64,000 nucleotides of DNA from an uncultured Lutibacter sp. (GTDB lineage Bacteria > Bacteroidota > Bacteroidia > Flavobacteriales > Flavobacteriaceae), in assembly GCF_947495725.1 (NCBI RefSeq), contig NZ_CANLZZ010000003.1, forward strand, positions 240,341-304,340. Direction: 5' to 3'. This document shows, one piece after another, positions 1 to 7,546 of the stretch (position 1 is the stretch's first letter; every line of letters starts with the position of its first letter). The notes under the pieces were generated by a model. It worked only from the letters and a program-made list of their open reading frames with translations, ran no database searches and was not told the DNA's origin. Made by a program: the position numbers and the translations under genes.

Positions 1-827
1 ATACCTAAAAAATATTTTGCATATACACCATACAACGGCAACAAACCTGCTGTTAAATCTTTAACACTCTGAATATTAGTGCTATTTATAGATGCTGCGG
101 TAATAATTATTGACATTGAAACAATACCTCCTAAAATAATAGAAATTAAAGTGTCCTTTTGAGCATATTTTAAGTCTGAAGAATTCTTCCATTTTTCAGA
201 AACTAGTGATGCGTGTAAAAATAAATTATATGGAACAACTGTTGTTCCAATCAAACCTATTATTATTAAAATACTATTTTGAGGAATTGAAGGAATAAAC
301 ATTCCTTGTAAAATGGCAGAAATTGATGGTTTTGTAATAATTGCCGTAATTAAAAAAGAAAAACTCATTAGAAGAACAAGTCCTATTAATATTTTTTCTA
401 ATATTTTGTAATTCCCTATCCACAATATAATAAAAGCTATAATGCCAATTAAAAATGGATATATATTTATTGTTGTAAACTTAAAAACTTCATTAATACC
501 AATAGAAGCTCCTGTAATATTTCCGGCTTCATAAGCTGTATTACCAATTACAATGGCCGAAAAGATTAATATTAATGCAATTTTTCTTAGAATTGGAGAT
601 GAAATTTGTTCTTTAATTACTAAAGCTAATCCTTTTTGAGTAATAATTCCAACTTTTGCCGACATCCCTTGTAAAACAATTGTTGCAATTACCGATAAGG
701 TTAAAGCCCATAAAAGTTTAAAACCAAAATTAACTCCTGAAATAGAACAAATTGTAACTGTTCCTGGACCAATAAATGCTGCTGTAACTAATGCTCCAGG
801 CCCTATATTTTTAAACCATTTAATCAT
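1..827 (-). CDS. mntH: Nramp-family divalent metal transporter, N-terminal ~275 aa (3' end lies beyond the window start)
   Basis: My own reverse-strand translation from the ATG at 825-827 gives MIKWFKNIGPGALVTAAFIGPGTVTICSISGVNFGFKLLWALTLSVIATIVLQGMSAKVG... I checked it open down to ~position 300 and read it as open to position 1. It has the GPGxLV..IGPG motif and the multi-TM pattern typical of Nramp/MntH. It is absent from the ORF track because it runs off the window. Confidence 0.75.
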   Translation of the reverse strand, partial: MIKWFKNIGPGALVTAAFIGPGTVTICSISGVNFGFKLLWALTLSVIATIVLQGMSAKVGIITQKGLALVIKEQISSPILRKIALILIFSAIVIGNTAYEAGNITGASIGINEVFKFTTINIYPFLIGIIAFIILWIGNYKILEKILIGLVLLMSFSFLITAIITKPSISAILQGMFIPSIPQNSILIIIGLIGTTVVPYNLFLHASLVSEKWKNSSDLKYAQKDTLISIILGGIVSMSIIITAASINSTNIQSVKDLTAGLLPLYGVYAKYFLG

Positions 828-950
828 TTAAAAGTAAATTGATTTACTCAAAAATACTTAAAAATGTTCTAATAATGGTTGCAAATAACTAATATTAAAA
901 ATATAGTTAAATAATTTATTATAAATTTTAAAAACTAACTGTTTTAAACG

Positions 951-979
951 AAAAAAAGCTACAAATTGTAGCTTTTTTT
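951..979 (-). terminator. Rho-independent terminator downstream of the cold-shock-domain gene (symmetric, could act on both strands)
   Basis: AAAAAAAGCTACAAATTGTAGCTTTTTTT: a 7-bp stem AGCTACA/TGTAGCT flanked by an A-run and a T-run, 20 nt beyond the stop at 1000. Confidence 0.7.
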
Positions 980-999
980 AAAAATTATATTGTTAAAAC

Positions 1000-1440
1000 T
1001 TAAATTTTCTTAACTCTTACTGCGTTCATACCTTTTAATCCTTTTTCTAGCTCGAAAGTAACTTTATCATTTTCTTTAATTTCTTCTAATAAACCACTAA
1101 CGTGAACAAAAAACTTTTCTTGAGAATTGGTGTCTATTATAAAACCAAAACCTTTTGAACTATCAAAAAATGAAACCTTTCCTTGTCTATCTGCAGCTAC
1201 TTCCTCTTCTCTATCCTCTTTTTTAGGAATTCCAATTTCAATGCTTTCTGCATCAACCTTAATTTTTTTGGTAGGATCTGGAGGAGTACTAGTCAATTGA
1301 CCATATTCATCTACATATACAAACATGCTATCCTGCCCGCTTGCTTTACGTTCTTCTTTTCTAAGAAGTTTGTCTTTCTTTTTCTTTAATCTTTTCTTTT
1401 CTCTCTCTTTTTTACCAAATGTTTCTTGTGATCCTGCCAT
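1000..1440 (-). CDS. Cold-shock-domain protein with a long Lys/Glu-rich N-terminal extension
   Basis: The C-terminal ~65 aa carry CSD signatures: GKVSFFDSSKGFGFI (RNP1-like) and FFVHVSG (RNP2-like). The N-terminal ~80 aa are highly charged (KKEREKKRLKKKKDKLLRKEERK). Confidence 0.85.
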   Translation of the reverse strand: MAGSQETFGKKEREKKRLKKKKDKLLRKEERKASGQDSMFVYVDEYGQLTSTPPDPTKKIKVDAESIEIGIPKKEDREEEVAADRQGKVSFFDSSKGFGFIIDTNSQEKFFVHVSGLLEEIKENDKVTFELEKGLKGMNAVRVKKI

Positions 1441-1765
1441 TAAAAATTATTATTAAGTTTTTTAAATGATTAAATATTAATTGGTTAAAACTTTTATACC
1501 AACAACCATACGTTAGTAAAGTTTAAATTTAAGATTAAAATTTATTAATTATAAATGAAGTTTTTATTAATAAATTGCAACAAATTCAGCAATATTAAAG
1601 CGCTTAACCAGTGCAAATATAAGGTTTACAATTTAATTTATTATTAAACTTTAATAATTATCTCTTTTTCATATAAAAAGAACTGTAAACATGCATTTTT
1701 TTATTACTTGTTTTACATTGTTAATTTTCATAATTTACAATTTAATATTTTTAAAAAAATCAATT

Positions 1766-2203
1766 ATGAATTTATCTGCAAACAAACCTACCAAAGCTTT
1801 TTGGTTAATTGGTATTATAGCATTATTTTGGAATATTATGGGTGTTATGGCATATCTAATGCAAGCATTTATTACTGATGAGGCAAAGGCCTTACTACCA
1901 GAACCGGAACAAGCTTATTATAATGGAATTCCTGTTTGGGTAACTGCTGCGTTTGCTATAGCTGTATTTTCTGGTTTGTTGGGATGTATTGCGCTTCTAT
2001 TAAAAAGAAAAATAGCTTATTTACTATTCATTATCTCTTTAATAACTGTAATTATTCAGTTTATTTACAACTTTTTTATTCAAGAGTTTATGGATGTCTC
2101 TGGCTTTTCTAAAATAATTATGCCAATTATTGTAATGTTAATCGCATTTTTTTTAGTTTGGTATTCTAAAGAATGTATTAAAAAGGGATGGCTATTTAAA
2201 TAA
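1766..2203 (+). CDS. Small integral membrane protein (about 4 TM helices), function unknown
   Basis: ORF track 1691..2203. The internal start MNLSANKPTKAFWLIG at 1766 is more plausible than the hydrophobic upstream extension. Four hydrophobic segments. Confidence 0.6.
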   Translation: MNLSANKPTKAFWLIGIIALFWNIMGVMAYLMQAFITDEAKALLPEPEQAYYNGIPVWVTAAFAIAVFSGLLGCIALLLKRKIAYLLFIISLITVIIQFIYNFFIQEFMDVSGFSKIIMPIIVMLIAFFLVWYSKECIKKGWLFK

Positions 2204-2277
2204 TCTAAGATTTATATAATTTTTTACGCAATCTTAGTATGCATTTTCAATTTAGAACTTCTACTTTTAATTTTCAA

Positions 2278-3513
2278 ATGAAAAAATTATTAATAATAGG
2301 TTTTGTTTGGCCCGAGCCAAGTTCAACTGCTGCAGGAACAAGAATGTTACAATTAATTGAATTATTTCAAAAAAATAATTTCAATATTACCTTTGCATGT
2401 TCAGCAGCTAAAACAACAAACTCTTTTAATTTAGAAAGTTTAAATATTGAATGCAAAGAAATTGCACTAAACTGTAGTTCTTTTGATAAATTTATTAAAA
2501 ACCTACAACCAAATTATGTGTTATTTGATCGGTTTTTAACCGAAGAACAATTTGGCTGGAGAGTTTCTGAAGTTTGTCCAGAAACCATTAGAATATTAGA
2601 TACTGAAGATCTCCATTTTTTAAGAAAATCTAGAGAACTAGCCTTAAAAGATAACAAAACAGATTTTTTAGAATATTTACATAATGACATTACAATAAGG
2701 GAAATTGCCAGTATTTATAGGTGTGATTTAACCTTAATTATTTCTAAATACGAGAAAACCTTATTAACCAAATTTTTTAATATAAATAAGTCTTTATTAA
2801 TTTATATTCCTTTTTTGTTGGAATCATTGAAATTAGAAAAATTAAGATCCTATCCTACATTTACTGATAGGAAAAATTTCGTTTCAATTGGCAACTTTAA
2901 ACATAAGCCAAATTGGAATGCAGTGTTAAATTTAAAACACCATATTTGGCCTATTATTAAAGAAAAATTACCAAATAGCGAATTGCATATTTATGGAGCT
3001 TATTGTACAGAAAAAGTTTTTCAATTAAATAATAATTCTGAAGGATTTATAGTAAAAGGATGGGCTAAAGATATTGAAAATGTTTTTAAACATTCACGTG
3101 TTTGTCTTGCTCCACTTGAATTTGGCGCAGGATTAAAAGGTAAATTAATTAATTCTATGGAATTTGGCACACCAAATGTAACCACAAGTATTGGTGCAGA
3201 AAGTATGCATGGAAATTTAAATTGGAATGGTTTTATTTGTAACGATAATGAAACATTTTCTTTAAAAGCTGTGGAATTATATTCTTCTTCTAAAATTTGG
3301 GAGGAATTTCAAAATAATGGTGTTAAAATTATTAATAAATGTTATTCAAAGAAAAAGTTTGAAACAAAACTTTTAACAAAAATTAAAGTAATTGAAAATA
3401 ATTTAAAACTTCATAGAAAAATGAATTTTATTGGCTGTATGTTATCGCATCATACTTTAAAAAGTACAAAATATATGTCTAAATGGATTGAGGAAAAAAA
3501 TAAAATCAATTAG
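2278..3513 (+). CDS. Glycosyltransferase (GT-B fold, group-1-like)
   Basis: ORF 2239..3513, with the likely start MKKLLIIGFVWPEP at 2278. The C-terminal half has the GT1-like pattern (FVSIGNF..KPN, CLAPLEFGAGLKGKLINSMEFGTP). The specific acceptor is unknown. Confidence 0.7.
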   Translation: MKKLLIIGFVWPEPSSTAAGTRMLQLIELFQKNNFNITFACSAAKTTNSFNLESLNIECKEIALNCSSFDKFIKNLQPNYVLFDRFLTEEQFGWRVSEVCPETIRILDTEDLHFLRKSRELALKDNKTDFLEYLHNDITIREIASIYRCDLTLIISKYEKTLLTKFFNINKSLLIYIPFLLESLKLEKLRSYPTFTDRKNFVSIGNFKHKPNWNAVLNLKHHIWPIIKEKLPNSELHIYGAYCTEKVFQLNNNSEGFIVKGWAKDIENVFKHSRVCLAPLEFGAGLKGKLINSMEFGTPNVTTSIGAESMHGNLNWNGFICNDNETFSLKAVELYSSSKIWEEFQNNGVKIINKCYSKKKFETKLLTKIKVIENNLKLHRKMNFIGCMLSHHTLKSTKYMSKWIEEKNKIN

Positions 3514-3907
3514 GTTTATATTTATTTAAAATTTCGAGAATATCTTTCGGAATTTTTGTAGGTTTCATTGTTTTTTTATTTAATAAACACCAATACGTTT
3601 TAACAGAACATAATAATTTATCAGCTCTATTTATTGTAACATATCTTACAGATTTTAAACCATTTAACTCTCCAATCCAAGTTTTAATTGTTAGTTTATC
3701 ACCAAGTAATGCTGAAGAATAATAATCCACCTCATGCCTAACAACAACCCAAACAAAGTTATCTTTAAAATCTTTTGTGGAAATTTTTGTCCAATGTTTT
3801 TCAGCAATAAGCTGCGCCCATTCTAAATATGCAACATTATTTACATGATTTAAATAATCTATTGACTTTTCTTCAACAATAAGGTTATGTAAATATACTT
3901 TTGACAT
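3506..3907 (-). CDS. Acyl-CoA thioesterase, 4HBT/YbgC-like hotdog fold
   Basis: 133 aa. DYLNHVNNVAYLEWAQ matches the 4-hydroxybenzoyl-CoA thioesterase family motif (hVnN..Yl). Size is typical for a hotdog fold. Confidence 0.8.
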   Translation of the reverse strand: MSKVYLHNLIVEEKSIDYLNHVNNVAYLEWAQLIAEKHWTKISTKDFKDNFVWVVVRHEVDYYSSALLGDKLTIKTWIGELNGLKSVRYVTINRADKLLCSVKTYWCLLNKKTMKPTKIPKDILEILNKYKPN

Positions 3908-4095
3908 AATATACTTAAGTTTCTACGGATTTTTGGCTCTTTAGTAAGGAATAAGCATATAAAATAAGCTATTTTTAAATAAAGTGTAAAATTAGTTGGA
4001 ATTATTAATGTTAAATTATAATTTTACTTCACCTATTTAGTTCAAGAATATGAAAATTTTTAAATTTTATTTCTTACAATAATATTTAAAAATTT

Positions 4096-4172
4096 ACAGT
4101 CGTAATACTTGTTACAAAGAAATTTTCGTGGGGACGACAGTTTTTACAAGATTTTTGCGACTGTTTTAATTT
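4096..4172. repeat. Hairpin repeat unit A (loop core GTGGGGACGACA)
   Basis: Stem ACAGTCG (4096-4102) pairs with CGACTGT (4158-4164), and an inner stem CTTGT pairs with ACAAG. The loop carries GTGGGGACGACA (4128-4139). The 3' tail ACTGTTTTAATTT (4160-4172) is identical to the tail of unit B. Confidence 0.7.
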
Positions 4173-4190
4173 GAACTTATTAATTATAAT

Positions 4191-4279
4191 AAAACAGTTG
4201 TAAATATTGATATCTTACGATACTACCGTTGTGGGGACGACACTTGAATATTACAACTGTTTTAATTTTAGGGACGACA
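4191..4279. repeat. Hairpin repeat unit B (loop core ACTACCGTTGTGGGGACGACA) plus an adjacent orphan GGGACGACA
   Basis: A perfect 13-bp stem: AAAACAGTTGTAA (4191-4203) pairs with TTACAACTGTTTT (4251-4263). The loop carries ACTACCGTTGTGGGGACGACA (4222-4242). The tail is ACTGTTTTAATTT (4256-4268). A third copy, GGGACGACA, sits at 4271-4279. Confidence 0.75.
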
Positions 4280-4450
4280 AAATCTCAAATTTATATGGCT
4301 ATACAAGTTCTAAAACTTGTTATTTTTTCTTTTTGATTATTTAAAAATGTAAAATTTGGCACTAATGTATTTATATACATAGTTTCTGAATTATTGCTTC
4401 TTGTTTTTTCTACAATTTTCTCTTTAACTAACATAACTAAGGGTTTTATA

Positions 4451-4945
4451 TTATTGTTTTATATAAATATGGGTAAAATAATTTCTTCCTTCATTATCCG
4501 TTTTTGTAGAAATTCCAAAATGTGTATAATCAGGATTAACAATTATTTTTTTATGATGCTCACTATTGAGCCAAGCGTTAACAACACTTTCCGCAGAATT
4601 GAAACCATAGGCAACATTTTCACCTACAGTTTTAGCATTTGCATTATGTACAAGTTTTTCATGCCTTTCTGGAAAATTATCATGATTTGCCTCTCCGACC
4701 TTTACCATATAACTCGAGTGTGTTTCAGCTACACTTGAAATTATATTTAATTTTTCCAACGTTTTTATACCGTTAGTCCTTCTAAATTCGTTAATAATAT
4801 TAAGAATCTCATTTTCAATTGGAGAATAGGACACTTTTGTTTCTATAAATGATTCTTCGTAAATTTCAACATCATCCTTAGAACAAGATATTAAAACTGT
4901 TGTTATAAAAAGACATAGGGTTAATTTAATCAATGTAGTTTTCAT
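4451..4945 (-). CDS. CAP/SCP (PR-1-like, YkwD-type) domain lipoprotein
   Basis: 164 aa. The signal peptide has a lipobox (LISCSKDD). The body (NEFRRTNG...HSSYM...GENVAYG...AWLNSEHHKKII...THFGIS) follows the CAP-domain pattern. Confidence 0.8.
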   Translation of the reverse strand: MKTTLIKLTLCLFITTVLISCSKDDVEIYEESFIETKVSYSPIENEILNIINEFRRTNGIKTLEKLNIISSVAETHSSYMVKVGEANHDNFPERHEKLVHNANAKTVGENVAYGFNSAESVVNAWLNSEHHKKIIVNPDYTHFGISTKTDNEGRNYFTHIYIKQ

Positions 4946-4995
4946 AATTGCGGGGTTTTTACAAAACGAATTAACTTATTACTTTCAAAAAAATA

Positions 4996-5065
4996 CAGCC
5001 GCAAATTTATCGTACCAAACTACCGTTGTGGGAACAAAATAATGGAGATAAATTTGATGCGGCTG
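4996..5065. repeat. Hairpin repeat unit C (loop core ACTACCGTTGTGGGAAC); possible minus-strand terminator
   Basis: CAGCCGCAAATTTATC (4996-5011) pairs with GATAAATT..TGCGGCTG (5047-5065), giving 16 bp with a 3-nt bulge. The loop carries ACTACCGTTGTGGG (5019-5032), a 14-nt match to unit B. On the minus strand the hairpin is followed by TATTTTTTT. Confidence 0.7.
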
Positions 5066-5246
5066 CTTTTGAAATACCATAATTTTGCACTTGTTTAGCC
5101 ATTAAAAAAATAGATAAACTAGTATAAAATGTGGCATCCATACACTTAAATAAAACTTGTTTAGTTTTATTATTATTAAGTGAATTGCTATAGAAAATAG
5201 CAGAGAGAATAATAATTACGAATAGTATTAATAATTCTATAATCAT
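5007..5246 (-). CDS. Questionable small ORF (79 aa) with one N-terminal TM helix
   Basis: ATG start and a hydrophobic N-terminus (MIIELLILFVIIILSAIFY). There is no recognisable family. Its 3' end overlaps hairpin unit C. It could be non-coding. Confidence 0.25.
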   Translation of the reverse strand: MIIELLILFVIIILSAIFYSNSLNNNKTKQVLFKCMDATFYTSLSIFLMAKQVQNYGISKAAASNLSPLFCSHNGSLVR

Positions 5247-5442
5247 TGTTTTGGGGTTTGGGGTTTAAATTGTTATGGGGTTGATTTATGTTTTTTTCTT
5301 AAAAAAGAGGCAGAAACAAAGTTCTTACTAACCATCTAACTTATAAAAGCATTTTCGGGTTGCTTTTTGAAGTATGTGACTACAGTGAATCCACCTCTAA
5401 ATGTTTGTTAATTTTTCATAATATTATTTTTAATTTATTACC

Positions 5443-5484
5443 TAACTAATTGATGTTTAAGGGGTGAAAAACACCAATTAGTTA
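5443..5484. other. Long imperfect hairpin just downstream of the MarR gene
   Basis: TAACTAATTGATGTTT (5443-5458) pairs with AAACACCAATTAGTTA (5469-5484): 16 bp with one mismatch and a 10-nt G-rich loop (AAGGGGTGAA). No U-tract follows on either strand. Confidence 0.5.
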
Positions 5485-5505
5485 TTGGCAATTACTTGGG
5501 GTTGA

Positions 5506-5952
5506 TTATTTATTTCTAATTTTTATTAATAATTTATTTAATGTTTCTAATTCAGTTAATGTTAAATTACTTACAATATCATTTTCAAAATCAGTATGAA
5601 TTACTTCAATTTCATCTAACAGATTTAAACCTTCCTCTGTTATTCTAATTTCAACCTTCCTCCTATTCTCTTCATTTTGAAATCGGGTAATTAATCCTTT
5701 CAATCTAAGCTTTTCAACTAATCTTGTGGTATTACTATTTTTACTAACCATTTCAGCCTGTAAGCTTTGGAGGTCAGCTGGTAATCCATTCATTTTTTTT
5801 AAAGAACGTAACACTTGAAATTGTTGAATAGATATAGCGAACTGTTTTAAATGATCAGAGAACTTTTCATTCATCCAGTTACCTGCATGCAATATATTTG
5901 CAATTGTATAATCAGGTACGTTTAACGCTTCCTTTTTATCATCTTTATTCAA
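5506..5952 (-). CDS. MarR-family transcriptional regulator
   Basis: 148 aa with a winged-helix pattern (ISIQQFQVLRSLKK...LQAEMVSKNSNTTRLVEKLRLKGLITR...D.RRKVEIRITEEG). The start in the ORF track is TTG (5950-5952), so the start position is uncertain. Confidence 0.8.
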   Translation of the reverse strand: MNKDDKKEALNVPDYTIANILHAGNWMNEKFSDHLKQFAISIQQFQVLRSLKKMNGLPADLQSLQAEMVSKNSNTTRLVEKLRLKGLITRFQNEENRRKVEIRITEEGLNLLDEIEVIHTDFENDIVSNLTLTELETLNKLLIKIRNK

Positions 5953-5973
5953 CTTCGGGGGGACAACTAATTT

Positions 5974-6010
5974 CTATACTACTATTGTATAGACAACAAA
6001 TGTATATACA
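5974..6010. promoter_or_regulatory. Palindromic candidate operators upstream of the MarR gene
   Basis: CTATAC-N7-GTATAG (5974-5992) and the perfect 10-bp palindrome TGTATATACA (6001-6010), 22-58 bp upstream of the MarR start. They share GTATA half-sites. Confidence 0.4.
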
Positions 6011-6372
6011 ATTATTAAATTATGCAAATAAAATTGTTGAAAACTCATATAAAAAACCACATACGATGGTTCTTATTAAAATTACAACAATAAAATTCTA
6101 TAAGTTCTTAGTTCAAATACATAGAAGATATAATTACTCTAATATTATGATATACAGCTTTTTAGATACGTTTTTAATTGCTTTCAAAACTACATTTACT
6201 CTTTATCCGATGGTATAATTACAAGAAGAAAAAAAAGAAAAATTTTTAATATAACATTTTTAAAATTGTTAATAACTCAACATAATTGTTTAAAACCTTA
6301 CTCCAGTTTTAATGATATTTTGATTATTAACCTTATTATTAGTGATTATTAATTGATTAAAATTACAATATT

Positions 6373-6397
6373 AAAAGAAGAAATTTATCCTTCTTTT
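6373..6397 (-). terminator. Weak AT-rich hairpin terminator downstream of the haem-binding lipoprotein gene
   Basis: AAAAGAAG (6373-6380) pairs with CTTCTTTT (6390-6397) around a 9-nt loop, 7 nt beyond the stop at 6404. Confidence 0.4.
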
Positions 6398-6403
6398 ATG
6401 TAT

Positions 6404-6907
6404 TTAATTCGAATTTCTTATTCTACCTCTACCCTTACCCAAACCATTTCCCATTCCGTTAGGATGTTCTTCTGTAAAATGTTTATCAAACCATTGTGGC
6501 TTTTCTAATTCATTATTATAAACATAAGTTGCAATTTTAACAATATCATTTTTTTCAAAAGGTTGTTTTGGCATTACGTTAAAATTCATTACAGCTCCTC
6601 TCATTAATGCCTTTTCTTCTTTAGGGTCTAGTATCCAATTTGTAAAAGCGTTTACAAAATCCGACTCGTTTTTATAGGACATTTTATAACGTCTTTTAAC
6701 AGCAACCATAGGCGGTGCAATTATTGCATCATGCGATGGTGAAATAACGGAATGACAAGCATAGCAATGTTGTTTTAATAACTTTAGTCCTTCATTTTCT
6801 AAATGCTCTTCATTAGACAATTGAGTGAGTTGTTTATTCTTTTTATTAGTATTACAACTAACAATAGATAAAATAACAAGTAGACTTAATAATTTAAATA
6901 GTTTCAT
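6404..6907 (-). CDS. Secreted haem-binding (CxxCH) lipoprotein
   Basis: 167 aa with lipobox LSIVSCNT and a single c-type haem motif (CYACH). The C-terminal tail is Gly/Arg-rich (GMGNGLGKGRGRIR). Confidence 0.65.
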   Translation of the reverse strand: MKLFKLLSLLVILSIVSCNTNKKNKQLTQLSNEEHLENEGLKLLKQHCYACHSVISPSHDAIIAPPMVAVKRRYKMSYKNESDFVNAFTNWILDPKEEKALMRGAVMNFNVMPKQPFEKNDIVKIATYVYNNELEKPQWFDKHFTEEHPNGMGNGLGKGRGRIRNSN

Positions 6908-6916
6908 AATTTTATT

Positions 6917-7546
6917 TTAATTGGTGCCACAAAATTCATTCGAAGTTGAGATTATTTCCTCAAATTCTTGATTTGAGATATAATTAGCCGTATAGTAGCC
7001 CGATTGTTGAACCACTTGTTTGTAAAAGTTTCTTAAATGGTTTCTAGATCCACATTTTAATAAACTGTATACTGCTAAAATTTCTGATTTTAAAGTTCGT
7101 TCTTCATTTTGAGAAATATCATAAATATCCATATCTTCAATTGTACTTCCAACTTTTAAAGCCTCAACTAAAGAAATATTAGATTGTTTAATTAAATCGT
7201 TATATACTTTTTGAAGTTGTTTATTTGTAAATTTCCCAGTTTCTTGTATAACCGGATCATTAATACCATATAAATCTAACAAAACCAAAACATTATCCAT
7301 ATGCGACTGTTCACTATTGGCTATATTTTTAAATATTATTTGTTTATATACATCATATGCATGCAAATAAACATCTCTTGCTAATTTTTCTTCTTCCCGT
7401 AAAAATAACAAGTCCGAAATTTCGTTTTCAGTTAATTCAATTTTAGAATCTAATTCAAACTCATTTATCCCATTGTCATTCGAATTATTTGAACAACTAA
7501 TTAATACTATTGTAACTAGGATTAAACTAATTTTAAAAATTTTCAT
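6917..7546 (-). CDS. DUF2202-type ferritin-like lipoprotein
   Basis: 209 aa with lipobox LISCSNNS. LREEEKLARDVYL and SEQSHMDNV recall the DUF2202 ferritin-like four-helix-bundle family. It ends 10 nt upstream of the haem-binding gene, so the two are likely an operon. Confidence 0.65.
   Translation of the reverse strand: MKIFKISLILVTIVLISCSNNSNDNGINEFELDSKIELTENEISDLLFLREEEKLARDVYLHAYDVYKQIIFKNIANSEQSHMDNVLVLLDLYGINDPVIQETGKFTNKQLQKVYNDLIKQSNISLVEALKVGSTIEDMDIYDISQNEERTLKSEILAVYSLLKCGSRNHLRNFYKQVVQQSGYYTANYISNQEFEEIISTSNEFCGTN

Noticed and set aside
4228-4257. Unit B contains GTTGTGGGGACGACACTTGAATATTACAAC, which starts GTTG and ends CAAC like Bacteroidota type II-C/VI-B CRISPR direct repeats.
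   Set aside because: Only one copy has this form. The other cores are 101 and 42 bp away with no regular repeat-spacer periodicity. No cas genes are in the window. This is not a CRISPR array.
4191-5065. An integron-like gene cassette (an attC-like hairpin on each side of the CAP gene).
   Set aside because: The stems do not fit the attC R''/R' consensus (RYYYAAC / GTTRRRY). There is no intI integrase or attI nearby, and only a single bracketed gene. I kept it only as a generic cassette-like observation.
5249-5280. A telomere-like TTTTGGGGTTTGGGGTTT sequence with a further GGGG at 5277-5280, as a possible G-quadruplex.
   Set aside because: Only three G4 tracts are close together and the next GGGG is ~180 nt away. 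An intramolecular quadruplex is therefore not supported.
5898-6218. A 106-aa plus-strand ORF in the MarR upstream gap.
   Set aside because: It overlaps the MarR start. Its composition is low-complexity Tyr/Ile/Leu/Asn, typical of a random AT-rich frame, and no motif is present.
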